DNA from: Parcubacteria group bacterium Gr01-1014_31
GTDB lineage: Bacteria; Patescibacteriota; Patescibacteriia; Buchananbacterales; GWA2-38-13
Assembly: GCA_007376135.1 (NCBI GenBank)
Contig: VMFR01000006.1
Span: 3,273-67,272, forward strand
Length of the DNA stretch: 64,000 nucleotides
Direction: 5' to 3'
Shown here piece by piece: positions 8,480-19,700 of the stretch. The notes beneath the pieces were generated by a model. The model saw only the letters and a list, made by a program, of their open reading frames with translations, ran no database searches and was not told the DNA's origin. Position 1 is the first letter of the stretch; each line of letters begins with the position of its first letter. Made by a program: the position numbers and the translations under genes.

Positions 8480-9730
8480 TTACCGGCGCAAGCGCAACGT
8501 CCGCAACAATTTATCAAACGCCCGCGGCAATTGTTGCAGGCCGCCGCTCAACATTCCGCCCTTGGCCTGGCCGCGGTGTGAGATCATCTGATTGCCCCAC
8601 AACACCAGTCCGATGGCGGTCGTGAACGTTACATCATTGGCTTTATCAACCGTCGAGGTCACGCCGACGGGATACCCGAGCGCGGCCGGCAGCCGCAGTT
8701 TCCTTTTTGCAACTTCAGTGACGCCGGAAAGTTTGCTGCCGCCTCCCGTCAACAATACGCCTGCGGGCAGCATACCAGAGCGTCCTACCTTTTTCAATTC
8801 AGCGTCCACCTTGTCAAAAATTTCCTCCACACGTGCTTCAATGATCTCGCCGACGTACCGCTTGGACACCGGCGCGTTGCCGCCGCCCGCCACCGACAGG
8901 TCGATCTCCTCGCGCTTGCTGACCTCCTTGGGCAGCGCGGTACCGTATTCCAGCTTTATTTTTTCCGCCGCATCAATGGAAATGCGCAAGCCGATGGCAA
9001 TGTCCGACGTCACATGCTCGGAACCCACCGGCAGGATGGCCGTATGGAGAATATCTCCCTCTTCGTAGACCGCCAGACTGGTCGTGGAGCCCCCGATGTT
9101 AATGACCGCCGCGCCAAGCTGTTTGCTGCGGGGCGTCAGCACCGCTTCGGCCGTCGCCAACACCGCCAGCACCAGGTCATCCACGTCCAGCCCCGCCCGG
9201 AAGATGGCCTTGGTCAGGTTCTTGATCTGCGCGCTCAGCCCCTGGATAATTTGCGTATCCACTTCAAGCCGCACGCCGGTCATGCCGATCGGATCGCGGA
9301 TGCCGGACTGGCCGTCCACGGTAAAACTCTTGGGAATGACGTGGAGGATCTCGTAGTTGGGCGGGGTCGCCACGGTACGCGCCGCTTCAATGGCCCGCTC
9401 CACGTCGGCCTCGGATATCTCGCCATTGGGTTTGGCCACCGCGACCACGCCACGGCTTTCCTGGGACGCGATATGACTGCCGGAAATTCCGACCCAGACG
9501 TGCTCAATATCCACCCCGGCAATGCGTTCGGCCTTCTCCAGACACGAAGAAATGGAAGAAACGGCATCATCAATGCTGGTAATGACGCCGCGGCTGATGC
9601 CAGCCGAAGGCACCTCGGCCACGCCGACGATGTGAGGCGGCTGGTCCGGCTGGATCGAGCGCTGGCCAACCGCGATCCGCACCGCGCTTGACCCGATGTC
9701 TAAACCTGCCAGGGTAGACGGTTCTGGCAT
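8480..9730 (-). CDS. ftsA: Cell division protein FtsA
   Basis: GLDIGSS, P.GM.GVRLE, NIGGSTT, VTSDIA and LTGGGS. Directly upstream of ftsZ. Confidence 0.97.
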   Translation of the reverse strand: MPEPSTLAGLDIGSSAVRIAVGQRSIQPDQPPHIVGVAEVPSAGISRGVITSIDDAVSSISSCLEKAERIAGVDIEHVWVGISGSHIASQESRGVVAVAKPNGEISEADVERAIEAARTVATPPNYEILHVIPKSFTVDGQSGIRDPIGMTGVRLEVDTQIIQGLSAQIKNLTKAIFRAGLDVDDLVLAVLATAEAVLTPRSKQLGAAVINIGGSTTSLAVYEEGDILHTAILPVGSEHVTSDIAIGLRISIDAAEKIKLEYGTALPKEVSKREEIDLSVAGGGNAPVSKRYVGEIIEARVEEIFDKVDAELKKVGRSGMLPAGVLLTGGGSKLSGVTEVAKRKLRLPAALGYPVGVTSTVDKANDVTFTTAIGLVLWGNQMISHRGQAKGGMLSGGLQQLPRAFDKLLRTLRLRR

Positions 9731-9843
9731 AGAATCCCTCCTACAACGGTCAAAAACTTAACTGAACACCTTAATTATCCACACGCCGAAGGTCAATTTC
9801 TCGCGCCAACCGGCGCTTCGGCTTGGATTTATCATAGCACAAA

Positions 9844-10212
9844 TCATGGAGCGGCCACAAGGTAGGGCCAGACCACCAGCAGGATAACCAAGGCTGCCGC
9901 ACTGGCGGTGATCAAAACCGCCCCCGCCATCATGTTTTTCACCGCTGCGGCATAATGGTGGACGCGCGGCTGCGCCATGTCCACCAAACGTTCTGCGGCC
10001 GAATTCACCAGCTCCATCGCGGGGACGGCGGCCGCGGCCGCGATCACGATCGCCAGCTCCAGCGAATCTACGCCCAGCCAGATCGACCCGGCGACCGCAA
10101 CCACCCCGGCGATGACCTGGAACCGGAAATTCTGCTCCTCCCGCAGTGCGGTCATGACCGCGGCGCTGGCGCGCCGGAGGCTCATGACGAATTTCTCAAA
10201 ACTGAACGGCAT
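9844..10212 (-). CDS. dgkA: Diacylglycerol/undecaprenol kinase family protein
   Basis: E.NFR, ELVNSAAERLVD and K..AGAVL motifs. Adjacent to ybeY. Confidence 0.85.
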   Translation of the reverse strand: MPFSFEKFVMSLRRASAAVMTALREEQNFRFQVIAGVVAVAGSIWLGVDSLELAIVIAAAAAVPAMELVNSAAERLVDMAQPRVHHYAAAVKNMMAGAVLITASAAALVILLVVWPYLVAAP

Positions 10213-10224
10213 AGCCCAATGAAG

Positions 10225-10668
10225 TTAACGGGAGCGGGAAAGCGCCCGGACGGCGACGGATGCCTCGAACGCGCTCATCTTGGCCGCCGCGATCTTTGTG
10301 TCATGGTCGAATCCGGCCAAATGCGCCAGCCCGTGGATGAGCAGCTCGATCACCTCGCGACGCGCGCTGTGCCCGTACGTTTTCGCTTGACGCACCGCAA
10401 TGGGATAACAGATCACCACTTCACCCAATATCCGTTCGACCGGCCTGGGCCACGACGCGTCGTCGCGGGATGGGAAACTCAATACGTCGGTCGGCCCATT
10501 CACCCCGCGGGCGGCGCGGTTCAACCGACGTGAAATCACGCGATCCACCAGCGCAACGGTGACCGCCTTTCCTCTCGCCCGCGGCCAGCGGCTGCGGAAT
10601 GCTCCCACCACGCGCGTGACCAGCGCTTTGGATATCGGCGCGCCAACCGGATTGGATAGCCTCACCAT
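10225..10668 (-). CDS. ybeY: rRNA maturation RNase YbeY
   Basis: PTDVLSFP, LGEVVIC and HGLAHLAGFDH metal motif. Start adjusted to MVRLS. Confidence 0.95.
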   Translation of the reverse strand: MVRLSNPVGAPISKALVTRVVGAFRSRWPRARGKAVTVALVDRVISRRLNRAARGVNGPTDVLSFPSRDDASWPRPVERILGEVVICYPIAVRQAKTYGHSARREVIELLIHGLAHLAGFDHDTKIAAAKMSAFEASVAVRALSRSR

Positions 10669-10672
10669 GACC

Positions 10673-11608
10673 CTACGGTCCCCACCGGAATGTCCCAATA
10701 ATCGCCTCAAAAGTGGCGGAAAAACTCGGCGAACTCCCCGTCGCATAGGTGACGGCTACCACCGCCGACTTGTCCGGGGTCACGAAGTAGTACCGCGGTA
10801 TGGCGTCGGCCGTACGCGCGCCCGCCACGCCGTTCGCGCTGAATTCCAACACCTGTGGATTTCCCCAACGCTGCAGCAGCGTGGACAGACGGCTCATCGG
10901 ATGACGCTCGGCGACCATGGTTTCCCCGGTCTTCGTATCCAAGCGTACGGTCGCCACTCCGCCTTCGGTGGACTCCTGCGCCAGCCAAGCGGTCGGAAAG
11001 GCCCAACGGAAGCCCCCGCTGGTTGCGACAGCCGTGAACAGGCCATCGGCGACCAGTGTCCGCCCGGACGGATCGCGCGGACTATACCCCTTGCGGATCT
11101 CGTCACCGTCGCTGTAGCTGTCACCATCGGAATCGCTGACGGTCGGCTGTGTCGTGTACAGGCGCTCTTCATCCAGGCTCAAACCGTCGTTATCCTCGTC
11201 GCTCGCACCGCTGGGACCCGACGGCGTCGGAGACGGGCTGGGCGTCTCCGTGGGCTGAACGGTCGGCGCAATGGTCGGCTCCGCGGTCGGCGCTACGGTC
11301 GGTTCCGCTATCGGCGGCACCGTCGCTTCCGGCGTCGGGGTGAGCGCGGGACTGCTGTCCGGCAGGGGCGCTTCCTGCTCGACAGGTGCGGGGCCGAATT
11401 TCCAAATTGCCAGCGCCACTGCCGTCAGGAGCCCGACCACAATGACCGCCACGCCCACCAGGAGGAACGTTTTATTAGAGCGCGAACGCGGCGCCAAGTA
11501 GAACCGCTCCGGCATGACGCGGATCTGTTCGACGACGTCTGGCGCGATATTCGCCCCAGCCTGCGCCACCGTTGGCTGAGCATCGCTCTTTTTCTTTTTG
11601 CCAAACAT
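10673..11608 (-). CDS. Membrane-anchored protein with Pro/Thr linker and DxDxDG (TSP3-like Ca-binding) repeats
   Basis: Single TM helix, PTxxPT linker, DEDNDGLS...DSDGDSYSDGDE..GYSP. Confidence 0.75.
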   Translation of the reverse strand: MFGKKKKSDAQPTVAQAGANIAPDVVEQIRVMPERFYLAPRSRSNKTFLLVGVAVIVVGLLTAVALAIWKFGPAPVEQEAPLPDSSPALTPTPEATVPPIAEPTVAPTAEPTIAPTVQPTETPSPSPTPSGPSGASDEDNDGLSLDEERLYTTQPTVSDSDGDSYSDGDEIRKGYSPRDPSGRTLVADGLFTAVATSGGFRWAFPTAWLAQESTEGGVATVRLDTKTGETMVAERHPMSRLSTLLQRWGNPQVLEFSANGVAGARTADAIPRYYFVTPDKSAVVAVTYATGSSPSFSATFEAIIGTFRWGP

Positions 11609-11785
11609 TTTCTTTCTGATTATTCTTGGTGGTGGTAATACGGATTCAAAGCGTAAAACGCAAAGCGAAAAACAACAACATAAAAATGCAAAAATATCTT
11701 TTTCCCTTCAAGGTCAGGATGCTTGAACCCAACATAACACAGTTGTTTTGCATTTTCCGTTTTGCGGTTTGCGCTGCTCGGCCCA

Positions 11786-12682
11786 TTATGGCTGCGGCGG
11801 CACTTCCTTGATCCGGCCGCCGCCCTTGGGATTGTAGCCATTCAGCACCTCGGCGCCATCCTGGTAGCCATCGCCGTCGGTGTCCGGGTTGGTCGGCTCG
11901 GTACCGAATACCTTGGTCTCATCGCGGTCGGTCAATCCGTCAGCATCGGTGTCGGTCGCGTACTTATTGGTGCCGTACAGCTCTTCCTCGCGGTCGGTTA
12001 ACCCATCATGGTCGGTATCCGTTTCCACTTCGGCCGGCACCGGCTCAGGCGTCGCCGAGATCTCCGGGATCGGCGCGGTCGGTGATGGCTCAGGCGTCGC
12101 CGACGGTATCGGGGTGATATTTTCCGCGGGGGTTTCCTGCGGCTGCGGGGTGCCGCTCGATGGCGTTTGCGATGCCTGCCAGTACGTGTAAGCGACCCAC
12201 GCGCCCGTTCCGAGAGCCGCCAAACCCAACAGGGTTACCAGCCCAATGATGAAGCTGCGGCGAGCCAGCAGGGGCGGCTGTTTGGCAACCGTACTTTGCT
12301 CTTCCTCGGTCGGGAATGAACGCTCGGCCTCTGCCGCGGTGGCCGCGGGGCGCTGCGGTCCCATCCCCTGCCCCGTTGGGATAAACCCCGGGCGCGGCTG
12401 GCGCACCAGCGGCCGCGAACGTTCCACCCCGGAAAAAATATCATCGGCCTGGGCGACCGGCGCGGGTCGAGGAGGCGCGGGCGGCAGCGGCGGGAGCATG
12501 CCATCTTCTCGCGGGGGCCGCACCTCCTCAGGTGCGGCGGGCGCGAACACGTCGGCCCCGGGAAGATTGGGCGGCGGCGCGGCGCGACCGGCCCCCGACG
12601 GCCGCGCGGCAGCCGCTGCCGGATCCACGGCATCAAAAATATCTTCCAATTGTTCGCCGCCAAACCGCTGGCTGTTGGCCAT
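11786..12682 (-). CDS. Membrane-anchored protein with disordered N-terminus and three DTDxDG repeats
   Basis: Repeated EDIF/DVF/DDIF motifs before the TM helix; DTDHDGLTD, DTDADGLTD, DTDGDGYQDGAEV..GYNP. Confidence 0.75.
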   Translation of the reverse strand: MANSQRFGGEQLEDIFDAVDPAAAAARPSGAGRAAPPPNLPGADVFAPAAPEEVRPPREDGMLPPLPPAPPRPAPVAQADDIFSGVERSRPLVRQPRPGFIPTGQGMGPQRPAATAAEAERSFPTEEEQSTVAKQPPLLARRSFIIGLVTLLGLAALGTGAWVAYTYWQASQTPSSGTPQPQETPAENITPIPSATPEPSPTAPIPEISATPEPVPAEVETDTDHDGLTDREEELYGTNKYATDTDADGLTDRDETKVFGTEPTNPDTDGDGYQDGAEVLNGYNPKGGGRIKEVPPQP

Positions 12683-12845
12683 AGAGCAAAAGGTTACCTG
12701 TCCGTCTCGGACCGATGGATATAAAATACCATACCCGGTAGTACAACGATAGATATAGTAATTTCACGAACCACGCTCATGCTGGTCATTGCTCGGCAGG
12801 TGCACGATGCTGTGGGCATCTGTTGTCCTACCGGGCATACTCTCG

Positions 12846-13730
12846 CTACCGTTGCAGCCGTCCCGGACCCCGGGGGTCGAACCCGCCCTGGACTTCCACC
12901 CCGTCGGAATAACCGTCGCTGTCCGTATCAACTTTTTTAGGGTCGGTCCGATACACGCGCAACTCATCGTAGTCGGATAACCCATCGCTGTCGCTGTCGG
13001 CTGCTTTCGGGTCCGTCCGGTAGGAAGCCTGCTCGGCGTAGTCGGACAAACCGTCACCGTCGGTATCAACGGGCAGGCTCGCGAGGCAACGCTGGGCGGC
13101 TGCCGCGTCGGCGATCTTCCGACAGGCCTGGTAATCAACCTTGGTGGTGGCCTGAACCGTCCAGTACCGCTCCAGGCACCGCGTACGTACGGCCACCTCG
13201 TACTGGTCGCAGTACGAGGGGTCATCCACGCGGTTGTTGATGAGCACCTGCTGCTCGCAGAACACTCGGTCCTCGTCGGTCGGCGCCGATGCACAAGCGG
13301 AAAAATCGCTCCCCCAAGAAAGCACGGCGCTCCGACACCGTTGCTTCCCCTCATCGGTACTGATACTCCCGCAGGGTGCTTCGTCAATGCCGGTCGTCGC
13401 ATACCACTCATAGCAGTTATCGCGGTCTTCCGCATTATCCACTGCCGCACACGCTGCGGGGTCGTTGGCTTTATGCGCCTTACCGCTCTGCACCGTGTTC
13501 CACACGTAGTACCCCACTTTTTGACATTCGGGAACCTTGTCCTTCGCCGCGATGTCGTCGCATCGCGCAACCTCTTCAGCGGTTGGCCCGGGACCGGTCG
13601 CCGCAGGCGATGCGGTCGCCCGAGGACCGGACGATGGCGTTACATTTCGCCCGCGCAGATACCACCATGCCCCGGCGACAACCGCGAAAACCAGCAGCAG
13701 GATGATGGCGAGATTACGAATAGCGCGCAT
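12846..13730 (-). CDS. Membrane-anchored Cys-repeat protein with DxDxDG repeats
   Basis: N-terminal TM helix, five C..I......C repeats and three DTDxDG repeats. Confidence 0.75.
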   Translation of the reverse strand: MRAIRNLAIILLLVFAVVAGAWWYLRGRNVTPSSGPRATASPAATGPGPTAEEVARCDDIAAKDKVPECQKVGYYVWNTVQSGKAHKANDPAACAAVDNAEDRDNCYEWYATTGIDEAPCGSISTDEGKQRCRSAVLSWGSDFSACASAPTDEDRVFCEQQVLINNRVDDPSYCDQYEVAVRTRCLERYWTVQATTKVDYQACRKIADAAAAQRCLASLPVDTDGDGLSDYAEQASYRTDPKAADSDSDGLSDYDELRVYRTDPKKVDTDSDGYSDGVEVQGGFDPRGPGRLQR

Positions 13731-13736
13731 AGCGGT

Positions 13737-16700
13737 CTACTGGCAAATGTAACGATCCACGCCGTTCACCCGCTCCAGGCAGGTAATGCGTAAATTGGTG
13801 ATCTCCGACGCATTGCCGTCACGGTCCGAGCGCGTCACGATCTTGAACTTCAGGTAACGGCCCACCAGCTCGCCGGGCGCCGGGAACTGGTTGGAGGTAA
13901 TCAGCGGGCTTTCCCCGATGCGGGCATTGAAATTATCGCGGTCGCGGGTCGTGTTGCGTTCGTCCACCGGTATCCACATATCGGAATCCACAGGCGGGAA
14001 CCCATTCACATCGTCGGATGTGTAGACGTAGATATTGATGTAGCTGCCGCCGCGCTCCACTTTGTCGTAGAGGATCTTGCCCCAGCGGCGGCTCCAGCTG
14101 GTCACGGTGGTGTCAAAGGCGGAAAGCGCATCTGCGTCGCCCGGCGGGAAGGCGACAGCATTCTCGCGCAGCACCAAGGTACGGTTCAGTCCCAGGAAGT
14201 CACTATACATGTAAGGAGCGCCACCGCCGGGATTTCGATTGCTTAAGGGGAAGCACTGGGTCGGCACTCCCAGAGGATTGGCACCGCAGGTCGGCGTGCT
14301 GGGAGGAACGATACGGCACGCGCTGCCGCCGCTTTCCGAGATGGCCCAGATGCAACCCATACTGTCGCCGGACGCTCCATATGCGGCGCGATTACCCGCC
14401 GGCAACGGATGATCCTTAACCAGCACGCCGTCAGTGGTGAGTTCTCGTACATGGGGGCCGCCCGGCTGGGCGAGAAGCATGTTGCCCTTTGTGGTGATAC
14501 CGACGCCGCGAGTGGCACCGTTGCTGAACCGGTCATACGACAGATCGGCATTCACTCGATCGACGCCGCCGCCGCCATCAAAACTGCCTACCCAGGCGCG
14601 TCCGTCCAGATCCACGGCGATACCATATATCCCCCCTCGAGGTACCAAGTTGCAGCTAATATCGGTACCGCACACTAAACCGGCTCTGCCGGCATTGCCT
14701 GGATCCAGTAGCCCGCCGATCTTGCGGATGACATTCTGCGAACGGCCGGAAATCCATATATTGTCCTGCTGGTCCACTGCCAGCCCGTAGGTCCACAGTC
14801 TGCCTTCGGTTGACCGCTCCGGCGTACACTCGTCATTCGAATTGTCGAGCCGGAACAACCGCCCGGGGTCATCAAATTCACCAACCCAGGCGAACCCCTC
14901 GCTGTCGATGGCAACACCCTTCCCATTGGCGCCATTGCCCTTCACGCCCTTGCATATCTTCACTACGCCCAATCCTTCGTCGAGCATGGTGACTTTTTCC
15001 GTACCGCGATCAACGATCCAGGCTTGACCAGCCTCGACGTTCACCGCCGTGCGCGACGGATTACCGATCTCGGACCCACAGTCACGGGCGGTACCCGCCG
15101 GGCAGGTGGTGTTACACCCATCACCGACCGTGGTATTTCCGTCAAAACACGGGAAACCTTCTCCTTCATAGACGTTCGTTGTCGCCGGGTTGTCAGGAAT
15201 AGTCTTATTCGTATTTGCAGTTGCAGTCACCGTCACGCAGCCTGCCGGCCCGCAGAGCTGAGTATCGCCGGCGGAATTCATGCGCGGAAAATCCAGTACA
15301 CAGTAAGCCTTTTCGCACTGCCCACTCCCATCACTGCAGGTATCACCTACGGACATGAAATCCGCATTGCAGTTCCCACCGCCATCATTGCAGCGGTAGA
15401 CATTACCGCCGCTGTCACAGATGCGATATTCGTGCACGACCGTTCCAATGGGGTACACATCGGCGGTCCCAGGCTTCATAACCCCATCGACAGCCACCAT
15501 TTGTGTGATGCGATTAGCGCCGCTCTGCGCCGCCCAGAGGTACGGCGTATGGACGATGGTCGGCGGCACGGTCAGCACGTCCACCTTGATGGGCATGCAG
15601 GTGCGCAACGTCTCGATCTGACAACGCAAGTTGTTGCAGGACGCGCAGAAGTTGTCCACCATGTACAGGGTCAAGCTCTCGGAAACCGGCCCAAGGCACT
15701 GGTTACGGATGGCCGAAACTCGCGCGGAAATGATGGCATCCGTCAGGATCTCCGACCGGAACTCAAGCTCATCCAGCCAGACCTGCGAGGTGTGCAGCCC
15801 CAGCACCCACAGCCACCAGCTGATATCCAGGTTGGGCGGCGGGGATACGGAACCGGCGGGTAACGAGATGTTGCGCGGCAAGCCGTCCAGGAACAGGCGG
15901 ATATTGTCGAAGGTGAAGGTGCCGCCGCCGGCATCGGTCGCCCGCCAGGTCACCGCGACATGGTGCCAGGTGTTGGGTTGCCACGCGGTCCCCAGTTCGA
16001 TGACCGCGCCGGAAATATCAGCCAGAGTCAGCTCGTCCACCCGGTCCTTGACGTTCACCCACATCGTCACCGAACGGTCCCCCGGTCCATAGACATTATT
16101 CGCTCCTGCCGGCATATCGTAGACCAAGGCGTCCCCGGGGTTGAACACCAGCGACGAGCCGAGCTTCACGGGGTTGCCGGCCGCATCCTGACTGCCGTCC
16201 GTCAACCCGTCGGCAAGACTGGAAACGGTCGCGCCCGCCATCGGACGGACGACGCTGCCGTCGCCACGCCGCGCGTCCAACGCCCCCGGCAGCACGCCGT
16301 CGAAGTGCGCAAGGAACAGGTCGGAAGCGACCCGCTGCAAGGGGTAGATCTGCCGGTAGGTCGCGCTGGAGCCGGTCGTGTACGGCTTGTCGCAGTTGGA
16401 GCCGACGTTGAAATTGTTGCTGTCACACTCCTCACACGTCTGCACGCCGCGCACCGGGTCGAAACACTGGTTGACGATGTCCTCGGTGTCGAACCCCAGG
16501 GTGATGCTGGAACGGCCATCGCCGATCCGCGTCAAACAAGTGTGTGAGCCGCCGGGGAACGGGTTGGGGCAGTCCCGCGGACCCAATGCCGCATCCGGCC
16601 TGGCCTCGGTGCAGGGGCCGGCGTCGCATGTACCCGCATACATCGCGGTCCACCCCGAAGCAAAGATCGGCGAACGTCCGGAGGCGGCCGTGAATCGGAT

Positions 16701-19700
16701 CTCCACCGCATCCAGGTTGTTGCCGTCCGTCGCCGCAGCGGGGTTCCGCCAGGCGACGCTGGTAAAGTAGCCGCCATCGGGATTTAACGTCCCGTCCATG
16801 TTGCTCCAGTAAAAATCGTAGCATTCGCCAGAGCTCGTCCAAGCGTCGCACCGGGCCTGCGCGGCGGCATCCCCGCCGATCGCCAGTTGTCCATCGGCCT
16901 CGCTGACTTGCTGGATGAGCCGAGCATCCGTTGCCGGGAACGTGAACACGGTCGCGTTGGTATCCGCCGAGGTGATCTCATATACTGTGACACTCGCCAC
17001 GTCGGCCAAGCTCGCCAGCGGAGCCGCCTGACGGACGTTTTCCACCTCGCGGTTGCCGCAGGCCTGCGCGTCGCAGTCGTCCGCGATGCCGTCCACATCC
17101 GCGTCGCGCGCGAACGACCGCCACGATACTTCATCGTGCGAGAGGGTCCGGGCGTAGCCTTCTTCGCGGAAAACGCGGTAGTTGGGTGACGGCAGTTCCG
17201 CAATGGTCCGGCCCGGGTACAGGCGTGCGTTCACGTCGTGGCCGGGCTGACGCTTCAACTGCTCCCAGTTGTAACAGGCGTCGCCGTCGGCATCGAGGTC
17301 ACAAGCGTCGCCGCCGCAGAACTGGCAGCTGCCGCCCAGCCGGAATCCAAGCGAATCGTTGCAGCTCGCCACGTCGGAGCTGACCGACACGTACGGCTGC
17401 AGGGTGTCAAAACGGCAAGCATTGGCGTCCTGGTCGTAGTCGGCCTGGTCCGGGTTGTAGGTCGCCGGGCAGTTGTCCGACTTGAAGAAGGAGCCGGGGC
17501 AGCTGGAAACGTTGAACCCGGCGTCGCCGAACCGGTCGTTGTCGCGGTCGGTGCAGCGGTCACAGAGGTCACCGACGTTGTCCTCGTCGTAGTCGGGCTG
17601 CATGCAGACCCCGACCCCGCCGCCGACGGTTGCCCCCGGGACCGCGCCTACCCCGGGCACCGCGCCAGTGAAGACCGGCCGCTCCCGGAACCACAGCTGG
17701 CCATAGTTGGCGGCATTGAGCAGCGGGAATCCCGTACCGGCGTTGATACTCGTGAAATCGTTGAACGTTCCGCTACCGGCCCCACCCCCCGCGCCGCCGT
17801 CATACCAGTTGCCCAGACCCTGCGGACCGGGGTTAAGCACGTCGCCCTGGCTCATCATCGCGACCACCGAAATTTCCGCTTCGTCGCCCTCGGCGGTCGG
17901 GTCCGACAGGTCGTTGCCGATGCCGGGAACGTCCGCCTTCTTGACGCAGTAGTCCCCAGCACGTTCGCTGTCCCGCGGTCCCAACACGATGCCGCGCACC
18001 GGGTCCACCATCTCGTTGATGGTCACGGTGAAACGCCGGGCGCCGCCGGCCGCGGTTCCGGTCGCCTCGCGGTCGCAGACCACCAGATCCTGCAGGTAGC
18101 CGTGGAGCGCCGGGTCGGGTGACCCCTCCAATTGGACGGTTGCCGTGATGGGACCAACGCCGGGGTCGTAGGTGAACAGCAGCCGCGCATCATCAGCTCC
18201 GGTATTGGCTGCCATTCCGAACTCCGCCGTCGTCGCTCCCGTGACCCGCGCGTAATCGTTGAAATTCCAGACGCCGCAGCCGGGAGCCGGCCAGCAGCCA
18301 GCCGACAACGGCGGAATTTCGTACCGCCGATTCGTACTCGACTCGCCGACCGTCAACAGGCCACCGGTCACCGAAAACTCGCGGTCTAGTGCATTCAAGG
18401 CCGCCTCGCTCTCCGGCGTCCCGTTGTCAATCGCCCACCCGATGATAGTAACTCCTGCACTACTAAACGTGATACTGCCACGCACGAACGCGGAGTTAGT
18501 GGAGTCCGGCAGGTCGTGCCAATTGCGCAGGAGGATGGAGTGAACGTTATTGCGGGTGCTTGCCGCAATCGTCGCGCCGGTCTGGGAATCGCGGTACAAC
18601 AACGGCAGCGCCACACCATCGCTATCGCTGCGGAACCGCTCCACGATGGCGATGAAGTCACCGCTGGCGGAGGTATCCGTGGACGCCTTCAGGGTCGGCC
18701 GATTGCCACATTGGAATGGGCTGGGTACCAGCGACCCGCCACCGCGACTACCGGACTTCACCGCCGCCTCCGGGTCATACTGCGGGCAGTAGGCAGCCTT
18801 CCAGAGCGACAGGTCGGCAAACGTCTTTAAGCCATCGGCAACGCCATTACGCCAGACCGCGTAAATCTCCTGCCCGGCGGCGCCGGGGGTATATGCGCCG
18901 GCCACCGGGAAGCTGTAGGCGTCCGGATGGATGGTCACCATAACGTCGGCGACCGGGATGGTATCAAACGCGCGCGCCTTGTAGTCGTCGGTGCCACCGC
19001 GCCCAGCGTTATGCGGAGCCCCGTCGAACCACCACGTCGCATCCATTCCTTCGTCAGGCGCGGCCGGATTGGGGTCATGGTTGTACCGTGCCGTCCAGCG
19101 TTTCGCATCGCTGTCGTCCATCCGCGCCACCATAGTCCAGCCACCGCCGTCGGTGGTCATATCGCAGTACACCTGCTCGACGCCCGTGCCGTCGCGGTTG
19201 ACGTCGATCTGGTACCAATTGTTGCCATCCGGTGCGACCCCGTCGGACGACGCGCCCGCCCGCAGGATCTCCAGGCAGGAAGCAAAGAACGGCTGCGAAC
19301 CGGCGAGGCCGAAGTCTAACACAAGTTTGGTCGTGCCGTTGCCCAGCGCGGTCGTTATGCTGTTGGGGCTGCCCAGCGCCGCTTCGGCATTCGGCGTGCT
19401 GCCGGCCTCAACCACCGGCGCGCCGGAAATGCGCTGGGCGTAAACCACCGCATTGGTCACCAGATCCAACCGCACGGCGTCCACGTTATGGCCGGGGCCG
19501 GTTGCAGCCGGGTCGCGGTAGGCGTCGATCGCCAGGAACAGCCCGGCCGGGTCGTCTGTGCCCGCGGCATTGCTCCAGTACAGGTCGTAGCACTCCCCTT
19601 CGCTGGTCCACAGGTCGCAGTCCTGCGCGGGGTTGCCGTTCACCCCGAGGCCGGTCGCGGCGGCCTGTTCGCTGGGGATGTCCGTCGTCAGCTCGGCACC

